From assembly GCA_021777765.1 (NCBI GenBank), contig JAJYDF010000001.1:170495-234494 (forward strand): a DNA stretch of 64,000 nucleotides. The letters run 5' to 3'. The stretch is from Pseudomonadota bacterium. Its GTDB lineage: Bacteria; Pseudomonadota; Gammaproteobacteria; DASZBR01. This document shows, piece by piece, positions 40,880 through 51,808 of this stretch; within the stretch, counting starts at the first letter, position 1, and each line of letters begins with the position of its first letter. The translations under genes were made by a program, and so were the position numbers. A model generated the notes under the pieces. It was not told where the DNA came from, did not search any database, and saw nothing but the letters and a program-made list of their open reading frames with translations.

Positions 40880-43621
40880 TTGAAAATAACTATCGATATA
40901 AAACTTGCATTACAACGTAAACTAGATTCATTAATTCTTAGTTTGTCAATTAATTCTACGAAAGAGCTCGATGAGTTTGTCAATATATTGAAAGATTATT
41001 CACAACAACTTAATCATGATCATTTTCATCATCCATTTAAAATAAAGGATAGTTTGTCAATATTTCGTCATTTGTTTTTTTGGCGCCATCTTTTTAATGA
41101 AGATATGGATACGCTCATAGTTACACTCAAAGAATGTTTCAAAAATAACAGTGAAGCATTGGATAAATTAAGAAGTACAACGAACGATTTTGAGTTAATT
41201 AATCAATTAGAACATTCCAGAAAAGCCGTATACTTTACTCAAGATGTTCGTAACAATCCACTATTTACTCTTTTAAGCATAGGGGATGAATATTGGAGTC
41301 AGTGTTTTCCTGTAGAAATTATGGAACGTTCATTTGCAGTTCTTACTCAATTACGAATTCAATCAATCTTGTTATCACACTCAGAAACCATACCAGAAAT
41401 TACACATAATAAGGATGCTGAAGAGGAGATCGCGTTCTATCGTAAATTTGCTGAATATTTAAGGTTCTCTGCAATTGAACTTCGTATGAGCTGTAGTTTT
41501 GTGGATTTACAACGGAATGCTCTCGTTACTAAAACCTTAGATAAACTGACCGCGCGTATTAACGTTTTACTAGATGATAAATATTACACGCAACTGATTA
41601 GGAGTGAATTGTTGTTCTTTAAATATTTTCTACATGCAAGTGAAGAACCGAAAGATACTGTCTTGATTAAGCTTCTTGAAAATGCTGATGTGAAAATGCT
41701 TTTAGAAAATAATATTTTTACCATCAAGGATGTGGTTGAGCTTGCCGTTCTCCCACAAAATAAAATCACATCTATTATACAGGCATTACAACATAATTCA
41801 TTAAGAATGATTTATCCAAAAGCACCACTGAATATCGATTATTTGAGTAGGTTCACCGAAGCTGAATTAATTAAATTTGCCACGCTCTTTGCAGATGATG
41901 ATCTTCTTCCTTTTGCTTTTGAATTTTTGAAACAAATTATAGATGGATCTTTAACAATTAAATCAACAAAAAACTTTTTCATAATCGTTTCTGAGCGTTT
42001 TAATCAAGCTATCGAGGCTTTGCAAATTCCTGAAGTAAGACGTCTATATAGTAATAAAATGATTGGAACCAATGATCTTTTGGTTAATGCATCTAATGTG
42101 TTAAGAAAAGCAGCAATACGTGGCAGTGAACCTGCGATATACCCTCTTTTAGAAAAAGGATGGATATCGATATCAGTAATTATAACAGCTTCACCAAAGA
42201 TATTGAGAGAATTAGCGGCTCATTTACAACCAATCCATGAAAAATTACAGAACTTTATTATTAATAATATTTGTACTAAAGAGAATATCTCATTTTATAT
42301 AACGCACTATTTAAAGCAAAGAGCTAATGTACAACCATTTCTCTTAATATTTCGCGAAAATTCTATTTTTCAATTATTAGAAGAACAATATTTAACATTT
42401 AATGACTTGAATTACTATCTTTTCATTGATTGTGCTGGAATGGCACAAGAAAAAAAATTAAATGTTCTCATTCAGTTCAATCAATTAATGCATGATATTC
42501 AAGTAATTCCTCTTTTAGAACAAATAAAATTAACCAAAGAGACAAAAACGGAGAACAAGCCTTTATATCTTATGCTGCGTCTACTTGCTCATTTTTCTTT
42601 AAATGTGGTTAAAGAATGGTTGGTTAATGCGAGTTTGCAAAAAGCAATGCTTACTGGACTAATATCTTTTAATGAATTTTATTATTTTATTCATGCGCCT
42701 AATACTACGCAAATCAAAAAGGCGGATCTAAGAAAGAGTCAGGCAGATGTTGATTTTTTGATTAAAGAGATATCGCATCCACTAATATCACCTTGCATTG
42801 CAAGTGAAGAACTTCAAAATTATAAAAAAATATTTGATGCTGATTCGTCAATGCCTACTCCTATTATATACTTAAGTTGCATTTATCAAATAACACAGTT
42901 AGCTCATTTAAAGTATTATTTCTTGCTTAATTTATTAAGTGCAAAAGACGTTATAAATGTATATAAAGATAATGTGAGATCTATAAAGAATTTTTCCGGG
43001 AATGATAATGATCAATTAGTTTTTCATACCATTGCGCTACTCCGTTTTATACAAAAAATGCTTAAACCTTTACAGGAGAAAATACTATTATTTAAGGCAT
43101 CTTCGTATGTGTGGAGGTGTAAGTATATAATAGAAATAGAGCAACAATTACAAAAAATAATTGCTTTTCTAAATCTTAAGTGTTCAGATACAACGCCAAT
43201 AAATGATCTTAAAGATTTTTCAGTGCTGCACAAAGAGCTCGGGAATGATATGAATATACTGTGTAGTTTGCTCAAACAGTCAGGTAATTCCGGCGGAATA
43301 TTTATCAATAAGGATTGGGAAATTTATTGCATAAAGGAATGGGAAAATTTAAATCCTCTCTTATCTATTTTAGATAATCGTCGTTTATTTAACGGTTATT
43401 TGAAAGAATGGGATCGCAAAAATTTCAAAGAAGTTGTTCAAGGATTTATGCAATTTTCTTTGTTTACAGCAGGTGTAAGTCAATTGCAATTTTATACCCA
43501 ATCTTTACCAAGAGATGTGTTGCGGCTAGTGCTGAATTATTATAAAGACGGAGCTGATTTAGAAGAATCAGTTAGAACGAATAAAACTGATAATTCAAAT
43601 GCTCGTCTCCCTTTAAAATAA
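40880..43621 (+). CDS. Large (913 aa) hypothetical effector-like protein
   Basis: Long ORF, no signal peptide, no recognised domain, very AT-rich. Confidence 0.5.
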   Translation: MKITIDIKLALQRKLDSLILSLSINSTKELDEFVNILKDYSQQLNHDHFHHPFKIKDSLSIFRHLFFWRHLFNEDMDTLIVTLKECFKNNSEALDKLRSTTNDFELINQLEHSRKAVYFTQDVRNNPLFTLLSIGDEYWSQCFPVEIMERSFAVLTQLRIQSILLSHSETIPEITHNKDAEEEIAFYRKFAEYLRFSAIELRMSCSFVDLQRNALVTKTLDKLTARINVLLDDKYYTQLIRSELLFFKYFLHASEEPKDTVLIKLLENADVKMLLENNIFTIKDVVELAVLPQNKITSIIQALQHNSLRMIYPKAPLNIDYLSRFTEAELIKFATLFADDDLLPFAFEFLKQIIDGSLTIKSTKNFFIIVSERFNQAIEALQIPEVRRLYSNKMIGTNDLLVNASNVLRKAAIRGSEPAIYPLLEKGWISISVIITASPKILRELAAHLQPIHEKLQNFIINNICTKENISFYITHYLKQRANVQPFLLIFRENSIFQLLEEQYLTFNDLNYYLFIDCAGMAQEKKLNVLIQFNQLMHDIQVIPLLEQIKLTKETKTENKPLYLMLRLLAHFSLNVVKEWLVNASLQKAMLTGLISFNEFYYFIHAPNTTQIKKADLRKSQADVDFLIKEISHPLISPCIASEELQNYKKIFDADSSMPTPIIYLSCIYQITQLAHLKYYFLLNLLSAKDVINVYKDNVRSIKNFSGNDNDQLVFHTIALLRFIQKMLKPLQEKILLFKASSYVWRCKYIIEIEQQLQKIIAFLNLKCSDTTPINDLKDFSVLHKELGNDMNILCSLLKQSGNSGGIFINKDWEIYCIKEWENLNPLLSILDNRRLFNGYLKEWDRKNFKEVVQGFMQFSLFTAGVSQLQFYTQSLPRDVLRLVLNYYKDGADLEESVRTNKTDNSNARLPLK

Positions 43622-43678
43622 AATGCGCTCCTTATAGAGGAGCTCTCACTCATTATTCAAATTAACAAAAATAATATT

Positions 43679-44917
43679 TCATGAGTTATTACCGATGCCT
43701 GGCTTTGTCGGTAATAATGTAGCAATATGTTTGATTAATTCTCTCGCCAATGTTGTTTTAGGCAATAACGGAAATTCTTGTTGTTTATCTTGCCAAATTG
43801 CAGTGATTTTATTCATATCACTATCAAATCCTGAATTGATTTTTCCTACTTCATTAGCAAAAATTAAATCAAGATTTTTTGATAGAAGCTTTTGTTTCGC
43901 ATGATAAATAATGTTTTCAGTTTCTGCAGCAAATCCTACCATGAATGGACGGCGTTTTGACGCGCTTATTGTCGCAACAATATCGGGATTTTTTATTAAA
44001 TTTAAAGTCATTTCATAATGCATTTTCTTTATTTTTTGTGGAGCCGGCGCAGCTATTTTATAATCTGCTACTGCGGCAGCAGAAATAAAAATATCGCATT
44101 CATTGATATTCTCTTGTACTTTTTGCAGCATTTGGTCTGCAGTAATAATATCTATTCGTTGCACATTGCGGGGTGTCGATAAATGTGTAGGGCCAGAAAT
44201 TAATAATACATTTGCACCCGAAGCAGCAGCCGCTTCTGCTAATGCATAACCCATTTTCCCTGAGCTGTGATTACTGATATAGCGCACGGGATCAATGGCC
44301 TCCTGGGTTGGTCCTGCTGTAATTATGATGCGCTTATTATTTAATAAGGTGGGCGCGAAGATTTCTTGAATTAATATAATTAATTCGGAAGGCTCTAACA
44401 TGCGTCCTAATCCCATATCGCCACACGCTTGCGATCCAGAAGCAGGGCCCCAAATAGGTATTCCGCGATCTTGTAATATTTTTATATTATTTTGTGTTGC
44501 AGGATTTGCCCACATTTGTTGATTCATTGCTGGTGCAACAGCAATTGGCGCAGTCGTTGCTAAACATAATGTTGATAATAAATCTTGTGCATATCCATAA
44601 TTTAAATGCGCAATAAAATCAGCGCTGGCAGGTGCAATTAAAATTAAATCCGCCCAGCGTGCTAATTCAATATGCCCCATGGCAGCTTCAGCAGCAGAAT
44701 CAAATAATGTGTCACGTACTGGATTTGCTGAAACTGCTTGCAGTGTTAGCGGCGTAATAAATGCTTTAGCGTTGGATGTCATGACTACTTGAATTTCTGC
44801 GCCTAATTCACGTAAACGCCGAACTAAATCTGCACCTTTATAGGCTGCAATGCTACCAGTAATACCTAATAGTATTTTTTTTCCTGTCAATGATTTCATA
44901 GTAAATAAATTATTCAT
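43679..44917 (-). CDS. coaBC: Bifunctional phosphopantothenoylcysteine decarboxylase / phosphopantothenate--cysteine ligase
   Basis: GKKILLGITGSIAAYK flavoprotein N-domain and CoaB C-domain. Confidence 0.9.
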   Translation of the reverse strand: MNNLFTMKSLTGKKILLGITGSIAAYKGADLVRRLRELGAEIQVVMTSNAKAFITPLTLQAVSANPVRDTLFDSAAEAAMGHIELARWADLILIAPASADFIAHLNYGYAQDLLSTLCLATTAPIAVAPAMNQQMWANPATQNNIKILQDRGIPIWGPASGSQACGDMGLGRMLEPSELIILIQEIFAPTLLNNKRIIITAGPTQEAIDPVRYISNHSSGKMGYALAEAAAASGANVLLISGPTHLSTPRNVQRIDIITADQMLQKVQENINECDIFISAAAVADYKIAAPAPQKIKKMHYEMTLNLIKNPDIVATISASKRRPFMVGFAAETENIIYHAKQKLLSKNLDLIFANEVGKINSGFDSDMNKITAIWQDKQQEFPLLPKTTLARELIKHIATLLPTKPGIGNNS

Positions 44918-44938
44918 TCAAGATCTCTTAAGTGTTAT

Positions 44939-45706
44939 TTAAACAGTGATTAAAATATTATCAATTAATCTGACATCACCTATAGTGACAGCACCGAATC
45001 GTCTACCTTCATATTCTTCGATATAATCCACTTTAATTCCCAATTGATTTAATTGAGAAATGATATCTGTCACCGCTAACGATTTTTTTAATAATTTTGG
45101 AAAATGGAGTGCTAATTGATATTGTTCGGCACTTAATCGACTATTACGCGAGCTCAGTGCCAAACCATTATCATCGCGTACAGTAGGGCAGGCAATAATT
45201 TCCACATTTATAAAAAATGCAGCGACCATATCTTTTATTAATTGTAATTGTTGATAATCTTTTTCACCAAAATAAGCGCGAGTAGGTTTAATGAGTTGTA
45301 ATAATTTCATCACTACAGTTAATACGCCATTAAAATGTCCTGGTCTATGAGCGCCTTCTTGTAATCGACTATAGACATTTTCACTAATTTGATAGCGAAA
45401 ATTATCAGGATACATTTCTGCATAATTAGGCGCCAAAACAATGTCGACACCAGCATTCTTTGCCAATTCACAATCTTGCTCAAAAGTTCGCGGATATTTT
45501 GCAAGATCGTCTGGGTTATTAAATTGTGTGGGATTAACGAAAATACTTAAGATGGTTATCGCATTTTCTGCTTGAGAACGTTTTAATAAACTTTGATGAC
45601 CTGCATGTAAATTTCCCATGGTAGGTACAAATCCTATTTTTGCTTGAGTCATTTTTAATTCATTTTGTATTATATGCCATTCATTTATGGTGCGTATTAT
45701 TTTCAT
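44939..45706 (-). CDS. panC: Pantoate--beta-alanine ligase
   Basis: GFVPTMGNLHAGHQSL HIGH-type motif, full length. Confidence 0.9.
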   Translation of the reverse strand: MKIIRTINEWHIIQNELKMTQAKIGFVPTMGNLHAGHQSLLKRSQAENAITILSIFVNPTQFNNPDDLAKYPRTFEQDCELAKNAGVDIVLAPNYAEMYPDNFRYQISENVYSRLQEGAHRPGHFNGVLTVVMKLLQLIKPTRAYFGEKDYQQLQLIKDMVAAFFINVEIIACPTVRDDNGLALSSRNSRLSAEQYQLALHFPKLLKKSLAVTDIISQLNQLGIKVDYIEEYEGRRFGAVTIGDVRLIDNILITV

Positions 45707-45812
45707 ACATTACCTATTTATTAAAAAATTATTTCGCAAAAATCATGCAGCAGAGTTTTATATCTATCTGATTGGTGCACAATATTTCCCATACAACTTT
45801 GGAAATGCCCAA

Positions 45813-46607
45813 TCATTTATAACAATGCTCAACAGCAGGATATTGCACTTGTTTGACTTGCTCATTAAATTGATTCAATGCTGATTGAACAATTTGAAAT
45901 CCATCACAAAAATGTTTTAAAAATTTAGGTTTAAATTCAGGATTTAAACCTAATAAATCTTGCAATATTAAAACTTGTCCATCGACATAAGAACCGGCGC
46001 CTATACCAATTGTTGGTATGGATAATTGTTCTGTAATTTTTTTCGCTAATTGCGCAGGAATACATTCTAATACGATAGCGAAACAACCGGCGTCTTCTAA
46101 TTTTTTAGCATGCTGAATGATTTGTTCAGCACTTTTTTCAGTTTTTCCTTGCACACAAAATCCGCCTAGTTGATTTACAGATTGTGGCGTTAATCCCAAA
46201 TGCGCGATTACTGGAACACCTGATCGCACAATATATTCAATTAATTTCTCTTCTCCAGTAACGGCTTCTAATTTTATGGCATTTGCACCAGCCATCATTA
46301 ATTTTTGAACATTTTCCATGGTATTTTTTTGACTTTTTCGTGCGGCTAAAAATGGCATATCACCAATAATAAATTTATTAGGCGCGCCATGGACTACTGC
46401 GCGAATATGTAAACTCATCAAGTCCATGGTCGCAGGGATTGTAGTGGCATGACCATGCATGACCATTGCTAAACTATCACCAACTAATAGACAGTCAATT
46501 TGTGTATCAGGATGCGCCATTATTTTTGCCGACCAATAATCATAACATGTGACCATTGAAATTTTTTTATTCATTTGTTTCATGATTTTAAAATCATTAA
46601 TATTCAT
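45813..46607 (-). CDS. panB: 3-methyl-2-oxobutanoate hydroxymethyltransferase
   Basis: …KISMVTCYDYWSAKI…, full-length PanB. Confidence 0.9.
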   Translation of the reverse strand: MNINDFKIMKQMNKKISMVTCYDYWSAKIMAHPDTQIDCLLVGDSLAMVMHGHATTIPATMDLMSLHIRAVVHGAPNKFIIGDMPFLAARKSQKNTMENVQKLMMAGANAIKLEAVTGEEKLIEYIVRSGVPVIAHLGLTPQSVNQLGGFCVQGKTEKSAEQIIQHAKKLEDAGCFAIVLECIPAQLAKKITEQLSIPTIGIGAGSYVDGQVLILQDLLGLNPEFKPKFLKHFCDGFQIVQSALNQFNEQVKQVQYPAVEHCYK

Positions 46608-46762
46608 TAAGATTACCTCGCATTCACCATTAATTAAACTATTTAAAAATTTTACTATTTATTTTTTCCCGGTTATAGCAACTTCACACTATCAAATAAT
46701 TTCATAACAAATTCTTATCATGCCAGAAAAATTTAATGTGAATTTTTCAGCGGAATCAAAAA

Positions 46763-47473
46763 CTAAATATCAGAATTAAAGTAAGATGCTAAAAAACCTT
46801 GATAAACCGATAAAAATTTATCATTTGTTAAGGCATCTAAATGCTTAGAAATTGTTTTTTTATCATTACGTACAAACGGGCCTGTTAATGAACCCGCCTG
46901 ATTACGCAATAAATTCTGACAAATTTGCTCTAAATAGGGATGAATCATTTCATGTGGAATATTAAATTTGTCAGTCATTTCTTCAAACATTTTTTGCCAT
47001 AATAATGAGGTAAAATTGCCACTCATACTGCACATGCAATGATAATAATGCTTCATTTCAGGTGAAATAGTATGATGCGGATTAGGAATGCCTGGCATCA
47101 ATTGTGAAAATTTCAGTTCATTGTTATCTAAAATAAATGGAATTTTTTGATATTGATTTAAAGCATATAAATCGTCGGCAAAGGTCATTAATGGATGTGC
47201 GCCAACCGCAAGCTTGGTATAAAGTGCACCAGAAAAATGTAGCAATGTTTTTTCTTTCAAATGAGGATGGTCAGTAATAAATAACTCAATTGCATCGTCA
47301 TTGATAAGAATTAATATTGGATTACAACTCTGAATAAGATGATCAAGATCTGATACATTATTTTCAGCGCGTGACCATTGCTGGAAAGGAATCGATAATA
47401 ATTGTAAATAATGAATAAAATGTCGCGCCATATGGCCGGCGCCAATAATCCCATACATCGGTACCTGTCTCAT
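46763..47473 (-). CDS. panG: Putative PanG-type ketopantoate reductase (Rossmann NAD(P)-binding, DUF2520-like)
   Basis: N-terminal GIIGAGHMARHF dinucleotide fold; no PanE/ApbA similarity; sits directly upstream of panB-panC-coaBC. Confidence 0.45.
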   Translation of the reverse strand: MRQVPMYGIIGAGHMARHFIHYLQLLSIPFQQWSRAENNVSDLDHLIQSCNPILILINDDAIELFITDHPHLKEKTLLHFSGALYTKLAVGAHPLMTFADDLYALNQYQKIPFILDNNELKFSQLMPGIPNPHHTISPEMKHYYHCMCSMSGNFTSLLWQKMFEEMTDKFNIPHEMIHPYLEQICQNLLRNQAGSLTGPFVRNDKKTISKHLDALTNDKFLSVYQGFLASYFNSDI

Positions 47474-47784
47474 GGATCAAGCCCTCTTTAATAAGTTAAA
47501 AAAATTGTTTAGCTGTGAGTCGTGGCATGTAGTACGGTTTCAATTGCGTATGCTTAAATGCCAAATTGTTGTTAGCATTGTCATATTCAATTGAGACGGG
47601 CTTCATCTAGTGTCCATGCTCATTAAACATAATATGATATTTTGTGATCATTTCCCAGATAAATTGTCTTTAATCACCATTTCTGAAGGATATTACAAAT
47701 TGAAACACTACTGAGAGATATTCTCATAATTGATTTAAAATTAGATAATAGCTGCTTATAGATTATTTTGTGTAGACGATTTTA

Positions 47785-48558
47785 TTATCTGTGTCCTTTT
47801 GGAGATTTAGTATTACTATCTGGATTTGTTTCAGCTCTATGTTGCGATGGTTTTTTTACTAATTCACTGACGTGAGTAAATTGATCCTTTGAAACAACAG
47901 CTGGAACAAAAGGTACAGTTGTTGATGTTTGATTGTGCACAGGTGCTGGTGATGTTACCGAAGAGGATACTTTTAGAGACAGACTGCTCACAAATGATTT
48001 TGAAACTATTGGAGGAGGTAATGTTGTATTTACTACAACTAATTCTTGTTGCAATTTAACATCAGGAATTGTAACTGCACATACTGTTGCATCATCGCCA
48101 AAGCGATATTCTTTTTCTTTACTCTTATGTTTTAATTCTTGTTGATGTTTTTCTTTACAAATATTCCAAAATTCAGTAACAAAACTTTTATTATCAAGTT
48201 TTTTAGTGGATTGCTGAATTGAATCTACTAGGCCACTACGCACAGATACTATTTTTTCTCTTACTGTTTCTTTTGTTATAGGTTTGGTTTCATAATTTGT
48301 AATTACTCTTTGTGTTTCAGTGGATGTTCTCAATTTTTTATTTTCTTCTTCCATCTTATCAGGAGCATACGTATATCCCATTAATAAAGCTCCTCTATCA
48401 ATAGGCATATTAAAACTTTGACAACGTTGTGCTATGGGAGCTTGAGTTTCTGAAACGATATCTTTATAAATGGTGCGAGGTTCTTTATCATTTCCCCTGT
48501 ATATTTTTTGTGTTTGATTATTGATGAGTTGTTTTATCTTGCCATTTTTATCTTGCAT
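47785..48558 (-). CDS. Hypothetical protein with Ser/Thr/Pro/Val-rich C-terminal region
   Basis: 257-aa ORF; no domain recognised. Confidence 0.4.
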   Translation of the reverse strand: MQDKNGKIKQLINNQTQKIYRGNDKEPRTIYKDIVSETQAPIAQRCQSFNMPIDRGALLMGYTYAPDKMEEENKKLRTSTETQRVITNYETKPITKETVREKIVSVRSGLVDSIQQSTKKLDNKSFVTEFWNICKEKHQQELKHKSKEKEYRFGDDATVCAVTIPDVKLQQELVVVNTTLPPPIVSKSFVSSLSLKVSSSVTSPAPVHNQTSTTVPFVPAVVSKDQFTHVSELVKKPSQHRAETNPDSNTKSPKGHR

Positions 48559-48756
48559 AATTAATCACACTAACCACTCTATAAATACTAAATTCAGATT
48601 TCTTAGAGCTTCTTCTTTATTATTTTCTGGGTTATTCATAATGTAGCGCCTCTATTATTTTATATAGAGATTATTTCGATTAATTATAGTGCCTCATGCA
48701 TACAATGCATTCGCCGTGAATTGAGATCGGATTATTTAATGAATTGTTAATTAACT

Positions 48757-49866
48757 TCAAATTAAAGTATCAAGAAAAATTGCGGCAGGACAAACGCGAA
48801 TTCCTAAATCAGCTATGAAATCTTTTTTACCTATCGCTGAGATTTGCCAAGCTTCACAAGATGGAAAGCGTTCTTTCATATATCTCAGGGCGGGGGATAC
48901 GTCTACATCGTTCCATTTGCACTCAATAAATTTTATAGGTTTTTTGCCTTTAATTAATACAAAATCGACTTCGCGACCATCAACGTCACGGAAATAACGT
49001 AAATCCCAATCTTCGCCTTTAGAATCCTGTTCAAAATGTATCCATTTTAATAATGCACAAGCTACAAGATTTTCAAATCTAAATGACATATCTGGTACTA
49101 AAGTCCAATCAAATTGATAATGTTTTTGTTCTTTTTTGACGGCGCGAATTTTAGGTGTGCCAAAGGGTGATAGTCGGAAAACGGCATATAATCTTTCTAA
49201 GATTTTAAGCCATGTGGCAATTGATTTATGGCTGACTTGTAAATCTTCTCTTATAGCATTTATGGAAAGAGGTGCTCCTACTAATTCGGGTAAACGCATT
49301 GACATTAATTCAATATTTCCTAAATCATGTACTCGTTCTAATTGAACAAGGTCTTCTCTAATAAGTCTTGTGCGATAATCTCGTGACCATCTTTTAGCTT
49401 CGATATCCGATCCTGAAAAATAAGGTTCTGGAAATCCGCCCAGTTGCAGAAGGTTCATCAAATCATCATTGGTTTTTAAATTTAATTCAGCAAATGATAA
49501 AGGGTGTAATCTTAAATAATAATATCGACCTTGCAATGAATCTCCAGAAAATCTGTAATAATCAAGCCTTGCACTACCAGTGACCATAATTTGCTGAGAT
49601 TTAGATTTAGAATCGTAAATGCCTTTCAAATAATTGCGCCATGAGCGATATTTGTGGATTTCATCAAATACCCATAAGGGAGCGATTGGCAGTTCTAATT
49701 TAAGGATGCGTTCGCGATTTTCTGCTACGTCCCAATTAAGATAACCATTGTCATTGCTCAAAAATGTCTTGGCCAATGTTGTTTTTCCGACTTGACGAGG
49801 GCCTCCCACGAAAACCATCTTTCGTGTCAGATCATGTGTGATTTGCTTAGTGAGGTAACGTTCCAT
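48757..49866 (-). CDS. AAA+ ATPase with DUF4143 C-terminal domain
   Basis: GGPRQVGKTT Walker A; overall architecture of the DUF4143 ATPase family. Confidence 0.7.
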   Translation of the reverse strand: MERYLTKQITHDLTRKMVFVGGPRQVGKTTLAKTFLSNDNGYLNWDVAENRERILKLELPIAPLWVFDEIHKYRSWRNYLKGIYDSKSKSQQIMVTGSARLDYYRFSGDSLQGRYYYLRLHPLSFAELNLKTNDDLMNLLQLGGFPEPYFSGSDIEAKRWSRDYRTRLIREDLVQLERVHDLGNIELMSMRLPELVGAPLSINAIREDLQVSHKSIATWLKILERLYAVFRLSPFGTPKIRAVKKEQKHYQFDWTLVPDMSFRFENLVACALLKWIHFEQDSKGEDWDLRYFRDVDGREVDFVLIKGKKPIKFIECKWNDVDVSPALRYMKERFPSCEAWQISAIGKKDFIADLGIRVCPAAIFLDTLI

Positions 49867-50062
49867 AGGAAATAGTATATACTATCTTTTTTGACTATAG
49901 TCAAAATTACTCGCGAGTAATTTTGACTACTGGTGAAATTAAGGGTAAGAATCAAAATGATAAAAATGGACACCTAATTGGATAAACTAAGGCAATCAAA
50001 AGAGGTGCCCTTTTTTATTGGGGTATGTAACAGGCTTCGGTTTTTTAGCTTTAGAATATCGA

Positions 50063-50503
50063 TTATTGATATCCTATATTTATCATGACTTGATTATCTG
50101 AATATTCTTCAAAATCAGTTTGAAAACTACGATTTAATTGATTTGAATCTTGTTTCCAGATCATTTTCCATGTCTCTACTATATCTTCTGGTGATGAGGA
50201 TTTTGCTTTATATGTTTTGTAATTTCCTGCTGGAATTGTAATTGAGGATAATTCATCTGGCACATTATCAAGGTTATTTACTGCATGGCCTATAGTAATT
50301 TTGTATCCACCTTTGTCACCATTCTCATAGTCTGAATACACTGCATAAATATGAGGTGATGATAAGTCTTTTAATTTATCTTTAAGTGAGAATTTCATAA
50401 AATCATGCCAAAGATTTCCAATGGTATTATGTATTTGTGCTTCTTGGTTGGATGTAATGAGGCTGATACCTGCGATGTGTATTGGATGTTCTAATTTGTT
50501 CAT
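50063..50503 (-). CDS. GyrI-like small-molecule-binding domain protein
   Basis: Size and sequence pattern of AraC-effector-binding/GyrI-like domain. Confidence 0.55.
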   Translation of the reverse strand: MNKLEHPIHIAGISLITSNQEAQIHNTIGNLWHDFMKFSLKDKLKDLSSPHIYAVYSDYENGDKGGYKITIGHAVNNLDNVPDELSSITIPAGNYKTYKAKSSSPEDIVETWKMIWKQDSNQLNRSFQTDFEEYSDNQVMINIGYQ

Positions 50504-50579
50504 GTGTTTTCCTCCTATTTAAAAATAAACAACAGAGTAAAGTACTTCTGAAGATTAAACCTGTTATTATGTATCATAT

Positions 50580-51434
50580 TTATTTACCAGATTTCATGGG
50601 GATATAGATATCTGTCTTAGCGGGATAATAAATTTCGAAATCATATCCTTTTTGTCGAGAATTTTCTGATGTGAGCATCCATATACCATAAATATATTGC
50701 CACGCGGTTTCTAATTCACTTGGATTGCCTTTTACTGTAAATCGAGCATATTCTGACGCTGGAAGTGTATGAGTAGAAAACCTCGGGCAATTCAGTGTAG
50801 TATTTTCTACCAATAAACCCACGGTATAATCGAATTTTTCTTCATCGCTCATATCAGAATAAATTCCAAATATTTTTTGATGGTCAATGACGTTGTGAAT
50901 ATCTGTGAGTAATTTACTTTCCATGACATAATGAAAAAATTTTGGTATATCTTGTGTTTGTTGCTTATTTTCTAAGGTTGTTCTTGTTTTTACGCCCATT
51001 ATTACTTGTTTTGGAAGATACACATATTCAAGAGTTATATTATTGGGCCGGTCAATATTTAACTCTTGAGATAATTCCATTCTTCTTACTACTTGAAATT
51101 CAGGTTTTTGCTTGCGAAATTCTCTAGGTGAGAATGTAAACATTTTTTTAAATGATTTATTAAAGCTTTCTGGGCTATCAAATTGAGCTTCAAAAGCAAT
51201 ATCAATTATTGTTTTTTTAGTAGAAATCAATTCAATGGCAGCATAGGATAAACGGCGCGATCGAATATACTCTTTTAAAGTGGTTCCTGTCATAAAATAG
51301 AATATGCGATGAAAATGAGAGAGCGAGCTAAATGCATGCTTTGAAACATCAGATAGCGAAATGTCATTATTAAGATTAGACTCCACAAATTCAATGGCTT
51401 TTTCTAATCTTCGGTAGTATTCCTCTTTTTTCAT
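50580..51434 (-). CDS. AraC-family transcriptional regulator with C-terminal GyrI-like effector domain (Rob-like)
   Basis: N-terminal dual HTH (…LSDVSKHAFSSLSHFHRIFYFMTGTTLKEYIRSRRLSYAA…), C-terminal GyrI-like half. Confidence 0.75.
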   Translation of the reverse strand: MKKEEYYRRLEKAIEFVESNLNNDISLSDVSKHAFSSLSHFHRIFYFMTGTTLKEYIRSRRLSYAAIELISTKKTIIDIAFEAQFDSPESFNKSFKKMFTFSPREFRKQKPEFQVVRRMELSQELNIDRPNNITLEYVYLPKQVIMGVKTRTTLENKQQTQDIPKFFHYVMESKLLTDIHNVIDHQKIFGIYSDMSDEEKFDYTVGLLVENTTLNCPRFSTHTLPASEYARFTVKGNPSELETAWQYIYGIWMLTSENSRQKGYDFEIYYPAKTDIYIPMKSGK

Positions 51435-51808
51435 AAGTTACTTTGTTGGGGTGCTTTAAAAGTGAGTTATTAATACAACAGATTAATTGTAAGTTTAAAT
51501 ATTTTCATAATCTAACAGATAGAAACGAAAGAAAAAACGTAACTATTCAGCGCTGTGATTCCTGCTGGCACAAAAAATAGCGGACATTATTAACTCTACA
51601 GCGGGAATCTATTTCTAAATCTATCTCTTGTGTTGATATTTTTTAAATAATACGTCGATGCTAATTTTGTCATAGATTCCCGCTTGAAAGTTCAATGTTC
51701 TTAATTCAACTTTCCCGTGCGGGAATGACAGCACTGAATATTTACGAAAAAACTTGCCATTATTTTATTAACGCGAATTACAATGAGACTTATTCTTGCA
51801 GAAAATAA

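Noticed and set aside
43627-43643. Short hairpin gctcct-tatag-aggagc between convergent 913-aa ORF and coaBC as bidirectional terminator
   Set aside because: Only a 6-bp stem with no flanking U- or A-tracts. Too weak to call.
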